13,352 bases of DNA, taken from NCBI GenBank assembly GCA_037137755.1, contig JBAXJR010000055.1:1-13352 (forward strand), in the 5' to 3' direction. This document shows, one piece after another, positions 1 through 8,489 of the stretch. The position numbers were made by a program, and so were the translations under genes. The notes under the pieces are model-generated. The model was not told where the DNA came from, did no database searches, and was given only the letters and a program-made list of their open reading frames with translations. The DNA is from Methanomicrobiales archaeon. GTDB taxonomy: Archaea > Halobacteriota > Methanomicrobia > Methanomicrobiales > Methanospirillaceae. The stretch's first letter is position 1. Every line of letters starts with the position of its first letter.

Positions 1-56
1 GTCAATGATTTTAGCTGAACAGAATTACGACCTCTCGGACATTTGTCGTCATTTTG

Positions 57-101
57 AAAAAAAAAAAGAACACCATCAAAGGAAAGATTTCCCCTTTTTT
101 T
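57..101. terminator. Probable bidirectional intrinsic terminator region at the 3' end of the che operon
   Basis: A11 at 57-67 (T11 on the minus strand, ~70 nt past the cheD stop) and T7 at 95-101 on the plus strand flank a small GGAA-AGAT-TTCC hairpin. Archaeal termination uses oligo-T tracts. Confidence 0.6.
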
Positions 102-139
102 ATCCTATAAACCACGATTTGTTCGCTGCCCGCGAAAAC

Positions 140-628
140 CTATAACTCACTTAATGTCCCGTCACCTTTTTTAATCACCAGCTTGCCATTTTCCTTTGGA
201 TAATAGAAGATAGTGCGACCGACACATCCCCCTATATCTTCCCCTTTGATTGGAATATTTTTTTCCTTCAGGAGTTTCCTTATCACTTCAACATTCCGCT
301 CGCCAATATTCAAATTCCCTGAAAAGGTCTTGAACATGGCGGAACCACCGGCAATCTTTGCAATCAGGTTAGCGGGGGTGCTGCCATTATTTATTAATTC
401 CTTCATCAGCACGTCTATTGCAGTATCGGCATATTTTCCCGGCCGGTCTGTTTTTCCCTGTGATGATGGCAGCATGATATGGACAAGAGACCCTGTACCC
501 ATTTTCCTGTCGTGAATAACAAGCCCTACGCATGAACCAAGCCCGATCGATGCCATCGGCATAGAGCCTACCTGGTACTCACCGATGCCGATTATGACCG
601 TATCGTTTCCCGGGGGCATTAGACTCAT
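140..628 (-). CDS. cheD: Chemoreceptor glutamine deamidase CheD
   Basis: Motifs IGIGEY, GLGSCVG (catalytic Cys), VHIMLP (catalytic His), KYAD, AKIAGG, NIGERN and EDIGGxxGRTI. Lies directly downstream of cheC. Confidence 0.97.
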   Translation of the reverse strand: MSLMPPGNDTVIIGIGEYQVGSMPMASIGLGSCVGLVIHDRKMGTGSLVHIMLPSSQGKTDRPGKYADTAIDVLMKELINNGSTPANLIAKIAGGSAMFKTFSGNLNIGERNVEVIRKLLKEKNIPIKGEDIGGCVGRTIFYYPKENGKLVIKKGDGTLSEL

Positions 629-638
629 AGTATTTCCT

Positions 639-1256
639 TTATGCGGGGGGGTTAAGAAGTTCCTCTAGCCTTCGGATAATATCCTCAAGCATAGGGTGGT
701 TCGGAAACAGGAAGATACTGCTCTGGATGTTATGGGCATCACTTACCAGTGCTGTTTTGAACAGTACAATCTCGTCAATATCTTCAGATTCCTGGGATGC
801 AATGATACTTTCTATTGCAGCATGCGGCATATCAATTACCAGTTGTGGCGGAGATGGCAGCATGATAATATTCAGAAGTTCCGCGGTGCCGTCCAGGAAT
901 GCAGAGACCATGATATTCCCTACCTCTAATAGGGCACTCTTATCCATCTCGTCAAGTTCACGGTCCATATCTGTTAATCCGAGCATTGCATTTGTAAGGC
1001 GGATTACAGAACTTTTCGGGATATATAACAGGAGATAGCCCCCGGGTCTTACCTCCCCGTTAACCTGGAACAAGACGAGTGCTGCTATCTCGTCTCCCAC
1101 ATATTTGTATATTTCAGAAATATCAATTACTTTGATTTCCGGCACACTCATCGAAATGTTCGCCGAAAGCATTGTGGAAAGGGTTGTTGCTGCGTGTGCT
1201 GCCCCGATATTCCCCAGTTCCTGAAGTGCATCTGTCTGTACATGCGTCAGTTTCAT
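639..1256 (-). CDS. cheC: CheY-P phosphatase CheC
   Basis: Two CheC active-site motifs (D/S-x3-E-x2-N): [10 protein letters not shown] and [12 protein letters not shown] is 1 nt after the cheA stop, with SD-like AAGGAG in the end of cheA. Confidence 0.95.
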   Translation of the reverse strand: MKLTHVQTDALQELGNIGAAHAATTLSTMLSANISMSVPEIKVIDISEIYKYVGDEIAALVLFQVNGEVRPGGYLLLYIPKSSVIRLTNAMLGLTDMDRELDEMDKSALLEVGNIMVSAFLDGTAELLNIIMLPSPPQLVIDMPHAAIESIIASQESEDIDEIVLFKTALVSDAHNIQSSIFLFPNHPMLEDIIRRLEELLNPPA

Positions 1257-1257
1257 C

Positions 1258-3270
1258 TCAGCTCTCCTTCACAATTGCGTTTACATCAAGCACGGGCACC
1301 ACTTCTCCGTCACCGGGAATTGTAATACCACTTATTCCACGACACCCACCGACCATCGAACTCAGCGGTTTAATAACAACCTCCTGCTGACCTTCAATCA
1401 TATCTACAGCAATTGCACGTTTTTTGTTCTGGTGCTGTAGTACGACGAGGATCTCAGTCTGGTCAGACTTCCCGAACATATCGTCGAGCCTGTCAAGGGG
1501 TAATACTTCGTCCCTCATCATGATTGCTTCCTGTGTACCGATGTGATGGATCTTGCTTACAGATAGTCCGGCAACCTCCACAACATTGTTCACCGGTATC
1601 GCACAGCGGCGACCATTGATCCGGACCATGATCACATTCACGATTGCCATCGTGGGGGGCAGGACCAGTTCAAACCGTGACCCTTTCCCGGGTGATGACT
1701 CAACCTTGATAGTCCCTTTCAGGTTATCTATGGCAGTCCTGACAACATCAAGACCAACGCCTCTGCCACTTACATCGGTAATCTTTTCAGCGGTTGAGAA
1801 ACCTGGCAGGAACAGGAGGTCATATACTGCTTCATCGGCCATTTCGGAGGCCTGTAATTCAGTAATTAATCCGCGTTCAATTGCCTTCCTGGCTACTTTT
1901 TCACGGTTAATCCCGGCCCCATCGTCTTCAATGACAATAACGACATTGTCCCGGTCACGGCTTGCGATCAGGTTCAACTTCCCTTTACCAGGCTTCCCCG
2001 CTTTTATCCGGACTTCCGGCTTTTCAATCCCGTGATCCACCCCATTCCGTATCAGGTGAAGTAACGGGTCGTTAAGCCCGTCCATAATGCTGCGGTCAAG
2101 TTCTGTATCGCCACCTTCGATGGTGAACTCAACCTCTTTTTCCTCCTTGTGTGCAAGGTCACGGACCGTACGCGGAAACCGGTTGAAAATATGTGACAGG
2201 GGGATCATCCTGATGTTCATCATCAGGTTCTGAAGATCAGAAACGGAACGGCCTACCATGTTGAGGGTCTCGTCCAGCTCTTTTATCTGGAATTTCCGGG
2301 CGATCTGTGCCAGTCGGCCCCTGTTAATTACGAGGTCTTCAATCAGGTTCATCATCTGGTCAAGGCGGGTAATATCTACCCGGATATTTTTGACTTCCCG
2401 GTTTTTATCCACCCGGTCTTCCTTAACAGGTTTTGGCACACCCGGTGCATGAATCATTCCGGCGGTCTGGGTTCCTGACCCGGGTCGCGGCTTGACCTCT
2501 CCTTCGGGACCTGCGGCACCCTTGCCAGCCGCCATTTCAATATCAGGTCCGAACAGGACTTCCCTGACATCAGAAACTGAGGCAGCGGTTTTCAAGGCAT
2601 CTATTCCGGCATCGCTTCGGATAACCAGCCTGATTGTACCATCAAATTCGCCATCTTCAATAATTTCCCGGTCAGGTATGCACTGGATAATCGTTCCGAA
2701 TTGATCGAGGTTCAGGAGGAGGAGCATCCCCCTCAGGTTCCTGTTATCGCAGTCATCCCGGAGCCGTATCAGCATCTGGTACTGCCCTTCCTTCTCCTCC
2801 AGAAGATCAGTATTTCCTGTTAGTTCAGGGGCGGGTCCGGAATTTCCTGACTGCCGGGAGTCTCCACTCGTGCCACCTGTTGTGTGCTGGTCTGATTCCC
2901 AGTCAAGAAGTGACTGCATACGCTCTTCGAGGTGATCTATTGTCCCCGGCCCCCCTGACTCAATATCATCAAGCATCAGTTCAATATCATCCGATGCTGC
3001 AAGGAGGAGATCAACGAGGTCCTGGTGGACTTCCCGCTGACCACTTCTGATGAGCTGGAACACATCCTCCATTGCGTGACAGACCCGCTCCATGTGCTGG
3101 AACCCCATGGTTGCTGACATGCCCTTCAGAGAATGGGCGGAACGGAAAATTTCGGAAATAGCTGCTTCATCGGGCCCATTCTCAAGTACAAGGAGGTTCT
3201 TTACAATAGTTTCGTGATTTTCTCTCGATTCTGCGATATAGAGTGCCCGGTAGGCATCCATTTCAGACAT
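1258..3270 (-). CDS. cheA: Chemotaxis histidine kinase CheA (P1-P2-P3-P4-P5)
   Basis: Hpt IFRSAHSLKG, a P2-like domain, dimerisation IRVDITRLDQMMNL, ATPase boxes HLIRNGVDHG, EDDGAG, LPGFST and SGRGVGLDVV, and a C-terminal CheW-like domain. Start placed at ATG 3270 (MSEM), 1 nt after the cheB TAA with GGTGG upstream, rather than GTG 3279. Confidence 0.97.
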   Translation of the reverse strand: MSEMDAYRALYIAESRENHETIVKNLLVLENGPDEAAISEIFRSAHSLKGMSATMGFQHMERVCHAMEDVFQLIRSGQREVHQDLVDLLLAASDDIELMLDDIESGGPGTIDHLEERMQSLLDWESDQHTTGGTSGDSRQSGNSGPAPELTGNTDLLEEKEGQYQMLIRLRDDCDNRNLRGMLLLLNLDQFGTIIQCIPDREIIEDGEFDGTIRLVIRSDAGIDALKTAASVSDVREVLFGPDIEMAAGKGAAGPEGEVKPRPGSGTQTAGMIHAPGVPKPVKEDRVDKNREVKNIRVDITRLDQMMNLIEDLVINRGRLAQIARKFQIKELDETLNMVGRSVSDLQNLMMNIRMIPLSHIFNRFPRTVRDLAHKEEKEVEFTIEGGDTELDRSIMDGLNDPLLHLIRNGVDHGIEKPEVRIKAGKPGKGKLNLIASRDRDNVVIVIEDDGAGINREKVARKAIERGLITELQASEMADEAVYDLLFLPGFSTAEKITDVSGRGVGLDVVRTAIDNLKGTIKVESSPGKGSRFELVLPPTMAIVNVIMVRINGRRCAIPVNNVVEVAGLSVSKIHHIGTQEAIMMRDEVLPLDRLDDMFGKSDQTEILVVLQHQNKKRAIAVDMIEGQQEVVIKPLSSMVGGCRGISGITIPGDGEVVPVLDVNAIVKES

Positions 3271-3271
3271 A

Positions 3272-4300
3272 TTAACCACCCATGGCTTTGACTACCCGTG
3301 TTATCTCACCGGCCATCGAACGGAGCGGCAGTACTGAGTCAACGCAATTGAGTTTGAGAGCTGACCGGGCCATTCCATACACAAGACAATCAGATTCGCG
3401 GACGACCATGGTAGTCCCACCATGCTGTTTTACTGCAAGGGTGCCATCTCCCCCATCGCTCCCCATTCCTGATAGAATCGTGGAAACGGTAAGGGGACCA
3501 AAGGCAGCAGCTGCCGAGGAAAAAGTCTTGTTGACGGCAGGTCGAACACTGTGTTCGGGTGGGGCCCGCGAATGGATTATCCGCCCACCTTTTAACCCAG
3601 ACTGGGTTATCATGCTGGAAATTACGGTATGGTACCCGGCCATTGATACATAAACATGGCCACTGGACAGAATATCGCCATTTTCGGTCTCTTTTACAGG
3701 CATTGGGGAGAGCCGGTTGAGCCGTGCAGCAAGCGCTGCAGTAAATCCACCTTCAGGCATGTGCTGTGTGATCATGATAGCCGCGGGTAAACTCGTCGGG
3801 AATGATGAAAGAAGGACATCCAGCATAGGCGGGCCTCCGGCCGAGGAGCCAATCAGCACGATTTTATCTGCAACTTCAGCAGAGGGACCGGACTTTCTTG
3901 TTACATATGCTATAGTGACCAGGTTTTTAACCTTGGTAACAAGTTCCTGTGATATCCCCCGTATGCGCGCAAGGTCCTTCGGTTTCAGCATAAAATCATC
4001 TGCACCGTAGGCCATTGCCTTTTTTGTCATCAGGGCCCCCTGGGAGGTGAGCGAGCTGAGCATCAGTGTTTTTGGCTGGTGCTCCATTGTTGCTTTACGT
4101 TTGAGCACTTCGATACCATCCATCTTCGGCATCTCGATATCCAGCGTTATGACATCTGGTTTTAGCTCATCTATCTTCAACAGCCCGTCTTCACCATTGG
4201 TGGCTACCCCGACAACCTCGATTTCCGGGTCTTTTCGAAGCATGTCAGTGATGATTGTACGCATAAAAAGCGAATCATCAATCACAAGAACACGGATCAT
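3272..4300 (-). CDS. cheB: Chemotaxis response regulator protein-glutamate methylesterase CheB (REC + methylesterase)
   Basis: REC domain (VIDDS, TLDIEMP, LKP) and methylesterase triad motifs GSSAGG, QHMP and GMGSDG. True start is ATG 4300 (MIRVLVIDD), 2 nt after the cheY stop. The ORF-track extension to 4429 overlaps cheY. Confidence 0.96.
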   Translation of the reverse strand: MIRVLVIDDSLFMRTIITDMLRKDPEIEVVGVATNGEDGLLKIDELKPDVITLDIEMPKMDGIEVLKRKATMEHQPKTLMLSSLTSQGALMTKKAMAYGADDFMLKPKDLARIRGISQELVTKVKNLVTIAYVTRKSGPSAEVADKIVLIGSSAGGPPMLDVLLSSFPTSLPAAIMITQHMPEGGFTAALAARLNRLSPMPVKETENGDILSSGHVYVSMAGYHTVISSMITQSGLKGGRIIHSRAPPEHSVRPAVNKTFSSAAAAFGPLTVSTILSGMGSDGGDGTLAVKQHGGTTMVVRESDCLVYGMARSALKLNCVDSVLPLRSMAGEITRVVKAMGG

Positions 4301-4302
4301 CG

Positions 4303-4665
4303 TCACGATCCAAGCACGTTTTTTATCTCTTCGAGCACTTTTGGTGCCTGGAATGGTTTTACAACGTACCCTCTCGCACCACTCTTTATCGCCAGCTTCA
4401 CCATCTGCTCCTGTCCGACAGCCGTGCACATGATTACCCGTGCATTCGGATCCAGGGCCTTTATTGCCTTTAGTGCTTCGATCCCGTTCATTTTAGGCAT
4501 AACTACGTCCATTGTTACGAGATCAGGTTTCAACTCCTTGTACTTCTCGATGGCTTCGTCCCCGTCACCGGCTTCACCAACGATAGCATGCCCACCGGAA
4601 AACAGGATGTTTTTGAGAAGTGTTCTCATAAAAAGTGTATCATCAACGATCAGAATTCTCCCCAT
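4303..4665 (-). CDS. cheY: Chemotaxis response regulator CheY
   Basis: Stand-alone 120-aa receiver domain with IVDD, phospho-acceptor Asp in VTMDVVMP, Thr in CTAVG and Lys in VVKPF. Sits between cheF and cheB. Confidence 0.96.
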   Translation of the reverse strand: MGRILIVDDTLFMRTLLKNILFSGGHAIVGEAGDGDEAIEKYKELKPDLVTMDVVMPKMNGIEALKAIKALDPNARVIMCTAVGQEQMVKLAIKSGARGYVVKPFQAPKVLEEIKNVLGS

Positions 4666-4692
4666 GTGTAATCACATCAGCTCTTTGTCCGG

Positions 4693-4718
4693 CACTTATA
4701 TGTACTTAATGCTGAATC
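4693..4718 (-). promoter_or_regulatory. Putative internal promoter (TATA-like) upstream of cheY
   Basis: The 67-bp cheF-cheY gap contains minus-strand ATTAAGTACATATAAG, whose ATATAA element ends ~30 nt before the cheY ATG. Confidence 0.35.
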
Positions 4719-4732
4719 TGCAATGCAACGGG

Positions 4733-5542
4733 TTAAGGAGTAGGGGGTTTAACGGCATCCGAGATGAACCGGACTCCCTTGGGGGTGAGCTGGACTTCTC
4801 TCCTGGTAAACATCACTTCAACAACACCCAGTTTTAACAATTTATCGAATATCTGGTCAAGTTCAGTATGGGGGATATTCAGCATATTCTCAATAGCATG
4901 AGAGTCCATTCCGCTGTAGACAAGCATCCCAACCTGCGCAGCAAGAGGGTCAAGCTCATCACCTTTCATGTCCATTTCCTTGGTCGCGTCTTTCAAAAAA
5001 TTAAGAAGTACCTGCAGCGTCGAGAGCGGGCAAAGGACAAAACTGGTTACTACTTCCCCGTTTTCAAGATGATCGATTTTTATGACATCCACCTGTTTCT
5101 TCTGGAGGTCACGCTGTGTCATTTCAATGCCGGCAACTTCGGCAATCGGGACACATACCTGTTTGTTCTGGCTCACAAACCAGATCCCGGTTTTCAGCAC
5201 AGCTACGGCACCCTTCTCCCATTGTGCATCAGTGACCATCACCCCCCCCCTGACAGCAGGAGACATGAAATATGCACTCAGGCGATAGGCACTGCATGAC
5301 ATGATGATCATGCGTTTTAAGACCTGTAACGCCTTCGGGACGGTGGCAATGCGATAAATCCTTTCCGGGGTACCTTTTACCATGATGAGAAGGACACTTT
5401 TCTTCTCTTCCAGGTTAATAATCGATTTAAATGGAATATCAGTGTTGACGGGCTCCCTGATGGAAAGCTGATCCTGGGTTACCTCTATCTTGGAGACAAC
5501 CCATTTCCCATCTTTTTCTATTTTTATCGGAATTTCAGCCAT
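4733..5542 (-). CDS. cheF: Archaeal chemotaxis adaptor CheF (DUF439 family), links CheY-P to the archaellum motor
   Basis: Two beta-rich PH-like segments, MSPAVRGGV and a C-terminal helical/winged-helix part ending RREVQLTPKG. Lies between the arl and che genes, next to cheY. Confidence 0.88.
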   Translation of the reverse strand: MAEIPIKIEKDGKWVVSKIEVTQDQLSIREPVNTDIPFKSIINLEEKKSVLLIMVKGTPERIYRIATVPKALQVLKRMIIMSCSAYRLSAYFMSPAVRGGVMVTDAQWEKGAVAVLKTGIWFVSQNKQVCVPIAEVAGIEMTQRDLQKKQVDVIKIDHLENGEVVTSFVLCPLSTLQVLLNFLKDATKEMDMKGDELDPLAAQVGMLVYSGMDSHAIENMLNIPHTELDQIFDKLLKLGVVEVMFTRREVQLTPKGVRFISDAVKPPTP

Positions 5543-5574
5543 ATCAACACTTGTTCCGGATACTCACACGCCAC

Positions 5575-6846
5575 TTATTTCTTTACTTTCGTCATACTTA
5601 ATATCCCTTCCAGTTCTTTCTCAAGATCTGCGGCCGGGACTTTCACATCTTTTAAGTCCCGCAGAAGGGGTGCATTCGTATCCTTTTTCACACCAGAGGC
5701 ATCAGATTTAAGAGAAGCCATCAGGTCATCATCCATACCCTTTCCTGATGAAAATGCCATCATCGAGTCCGACATATCCTTAGGCTTTTCCGGGGTATCC
5801 ATCTTACTGGACGGAGCAGAGGCAAACGGGGACCCCCCCATCGGTGAAGCAGACGATGACGCAGGTTTCGGGGCTGAAGCAGGGGGGCTTTTATCTGGTG
5901 GAGGTGAGGTCCTTGACTCCGTATTGTCAGGGTTATCAGGGTCGCCGAGTTCCTGGTCAAGATCAATACTGTTTACATCAAGGTCCTCGAGGCCGCCCAT
6001 ATCCATTTCACCGGATAACGGATCCTTCTCCCCTTCATCGCCAGGGTCCAGGTCTCCCATATTCGCCGCAAGTATTGATGCAACTTCATCATTATCAGAA
6101 TCGTCATCAATAGTAATCCCTTCGTCAGTATCAAGGGAGATATCCAGGTTGGATATATCATCACCAAAAGCCCCTGACATATCAGCACCAAGATCAAGGT
6201 CATTTAGTGAAGAAAGGTCACCCATATCATCATCAGGCCCCACGGAGTCGAGCAATTCTGTGTTCATCTGCTCTTTTACAAGGGTTGAGAAGGGATCACT
6301 CACACTCTGTTTTCCGGATGGGATAATTTCAGGGTTTGCTTCCTTAAGAGACCGAATATCAGGTGCCCTTCCCTGGACAGACTGGTCAAGCATCTGGTCC
6401 AGTTTATTTTTATCCCGCTGTTTAGCGGTTGCGGGCTTCCTTGCCTTTCCAATATCACCTGCGATGACAGTGAACGCCTGCCCCATAGACGAAAAAGCGT
6501 CCCGGATTGTTGAGAATCTCCCCTGCGTCTTTTTGCCCGGTTTTTTATCCGTTGCGGTTTTTGTCCCGGATCCCGGTTTTTTCCCGCTTTTTTCTTTTGC
6601 GGGTTTTGTAGTTACCGGGGGTTTTTGTTCTTTAACTGATTTTTTCTCACCTTTTTTAGATGAAAATGAGATTTTAGGTACTTTTAATTTAGGGATTTTG
6701 ATTGATCCATTGATCAAAAGGACCAGTACCGCCAGTGCTATGACTACCAGTACCAAAAAAATTGCAGGTAAATCAAAAAGGACCAGAACTAACCCGGCAA
6801 TAAGTATGACGGTGAATAATAAAATCCGACGGACTGAATCCTTCAT
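5575..6846 (-). CDS. Uncharacterised membrane-anchored protein (2 N-terminal TM, Lys-rich linker, Asp-rich repeats, Pro/Ser linker, helical C-terminus)
   Basis: 423-aa ORF, co-oriented, starting 3 nt after the arlJ stop with SD-like GGGGGT. Hydrophobic segments at aa ~8-24 and ~28-45. Confidence 0.85.
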   Translation of the reverse strand: MKDSVRRILLFTVILIAGLVLVLFDLPAIFLVLVVIALAVLVLLINGSIKIPKLKVPKISFSSKKGEKKSVKEQKPPVTTKPAKEKSGKKPGSGTKTATDKKPGKKTQGRFSTIRDAFSSMGQAFTVIAGDIGKARKPATAKQRDKNKLDQMLDQSVQGRAPDIRSLKEANPEIIPSGKQSVSDPFSTLVKEQMNTELLDSVGPDDDMGDLSSLNDLDLGADMSGAFGDDISNLDISLDTDEGITIDDDSDNDEVASILAANMGDLDPGDEGEKDPLSGEMDMGGLEDLDVNSIDLDQELGDPDNPDNTESRTSPPPDKSPPASAPKPASSSASPMGGSPFASAPSSKMDTPEKPKDMSDSMMAFSSGKGMDDDLMASLKSDASGVKKDTNAPLLRDLKDVKVPAADLEKELEGILSMTKVKK

Positions 6847-6849
6847 GTA

Positions 6850-8472
6850 CTATACCCCCTGGAAGACAGGGATATTAAAGAACATCGCAACAATATACGG
6901 CGCCACAATATATACAATTCCCGTCATTATCGTTAAAATGCTTGCGAAGAAATAAAAGATATACCGCCCGCCACCCATCACAATTTTTCCGGCAAAAATA
7001 TTTGCAACGGTAATAATCGTGAGCATGATCATGATATAGAGGGTCATTTCTGCTTCAGGAAACGAAACAAACATATTGATACCGCTGACCATTGACCCCC
7101 CGACGCTCTGGGCTGCCTGGGTACCTTCACCCATGGCATTGAGGTTATTCATTACACCTGCAATTGCCTTGGACATCGTCAGCAGAATATGGAATAGGAA
7201 CAGGAAAATTGCGACCATCATGGTATGCATGGGGATAATGAGTACGACAAAACCCATGGAAACTGAGTTTCTCTTTTCCCGGAGGAGGACCTGTTCAAGC
7301 ATTGAAGAACCCGCAATCTCCCCAATCGTGTCCGGGGACCCTCCAAGCTCACACGAGTCCCTGAAAATATTAAGATACTTATAGATCAGGTTACTCCCGC
7401 TCTCCCCGATAAATTTCTCCCAGCTGGCATTCTCGTCAAGGCCAAGGTTTAGTTTGGAATATACGCCATTGATCAATGGTTCAAGCACGACAAGGGATTT
7501 CCGGTCAATTTCAGCCAGTGCATGGCCCATTGTTGTCCCTTTTCCACCCATTACGGCACCAATACTTCGTATGAAGGAAGTAAAATCAGCGTCCCGCTGG
7601 ATGATATTACTGTCGTCGAGGTACCCGATGATACCCAGGGGCAGGAGCATCAGCCCTATTAACAGCATAACAAGGCCATATACGTCCTTGATAAGCCCGA
7701 ATGCACTGATAGCGAAAAAAATTACCGTGACAATGACGACAATAGGAATAATTCTCCGTTCAAGCCGCCTGATAATCATCTGCTCTTTTGAACCGGTCGG
7801 AAGGTCATGGATCTTCTCATCTGACGGGACTGAAGTGTACATCGTCACGATGCCGAACAACGACGTTGTTATTACGATCATGTACGACAGCATCAGGGTA
7901 GACTGGACATTTTCAGGTGTGAAAAGAGCAACTGACACCATGATGATAATCCCGACAAGGGCACCTGAGAACAACATTGCAATGTACGCATCCCCCCATT
8001 TTTTGAGCATTTCGAGCCCCTGCTCGTAGTTATTCCGGTAGACACTCCTGACGGTTGCAAGCTCGCGGTTGAGAAAGTCCTCATCCGGTACACCGGATTC
8101 TATGGAGTTTGAATAGCGGTTCAGCATACTCGCCAGCAGTTTGTTTTTTGTCCGTTCTGCAACCGCGGTAAGGGCTTCAACGTAGCTGTAATTCCAGCGC
8201 TTTACAAAAAATTCAACTTTTGCAATATATTTAGCAGTCGCGTACTCTTTTCTGAGTGCGGTATAGGCAAAAATCTCTGGCCTGGTAGCGCGTGCCGTTG
8301 TAATCGAGCACATGTAGGTGGCCATGAACAGCATATCAGCTGCCATCCGCTTTGCTTCAAGGAGTGAGTCAAGTTTCTCCCTGATGCCCTTAATCATGCC
8401 CTTGAAGGGTATCTCGCGGCCTTCTTTAACCGGAAGCTCTGCAGGCCCGGCGGGCAGGCTTTTAACATCCAT
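6850..8472 (-). CDS. arlJ: Archaellum membrane platform protein ArlJ (FlaJ)
   Basis: 540 aa with two large soluble T2SS-F-like domains and multiple TM segments. Motifs WNYSYVEAL, SIESG and ELGGSP. Directly follows arlI. Confidence 0.95.
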   Translation of the reverse strand: MDVKSLPAGPAELPVKEGREIPFKGMIKGIREKLDSLLEAKRMAADMLFMATYMCSITTARATRPEIFAYTALRKEYATAKYIAKVEFFVKRWNYSYVEALTAVAERTKNKLLASMLNRYSNSIESGVPDEDFLNRELATVRSVYRNNYEQGLEMLKKWGDAYIAMLFSGALVGIIIMVSVALFTPENVQSTLMLSYMIVITTSLFGIVTMYTSVPSDEKIHDLPTGSKEQMIIRRLERRIIPIVVIVTVIFFAISAFGLIKDVYGLVMLLIGLMLLPLGIIGYLDDSNIIQRDADFTSFIRSIGAVMGGKGTTMGHALAEIDRKSLVVLEPLINGVYSKLNLGLDENASWEKFIGESGSNLIYKYLNIFRDSCELGGSPDTIGEIAGSSMLEQVLLREKRNSVSMGFVVLIIPMHTMMVAIFLFLFHILLTMSKAIAGVMNNLNAMGEGTQAAQSVGGSMVSGINMFVSFPEAEMTLYIMIMLTIITVANIFAGKIVMGGGRYIFYFFASILTIMTGIVYIVAPYIVAMFFNIPVFQGV

Positions 8473-8489
8473 GATTCGCGGTAAACCCT

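Noticed and set aside
4301-4429. 43-aa N-terminal extension of CheB
   Set aside because: Overlaps cheY in another frame. The REC domain begins at ATG 4300.
4255-4650. Similar DNA at the 5' ends of cheY and cheB (GATGAT...CTTTTTATG)
   Set aside because: Ordinary homology between receiver domains.
6536-6582. CCCGGTTTTTT repeated at 6536-6546 and 6572-6582, plus many plus-strand T-runs
   Set aside because: Explained by KKPG and Lys codons in the basic linker. Not a CRISPR array or mobile-element repeat.
5924-6955. 343-aa plus-strand ORF
   Set aside because: Antisense shadow of the low-complexity D/K-rich gene. It is Ser/Phe-rich as expected from reverse-complemented Asp/Lys codons and has no recognisable motifs.
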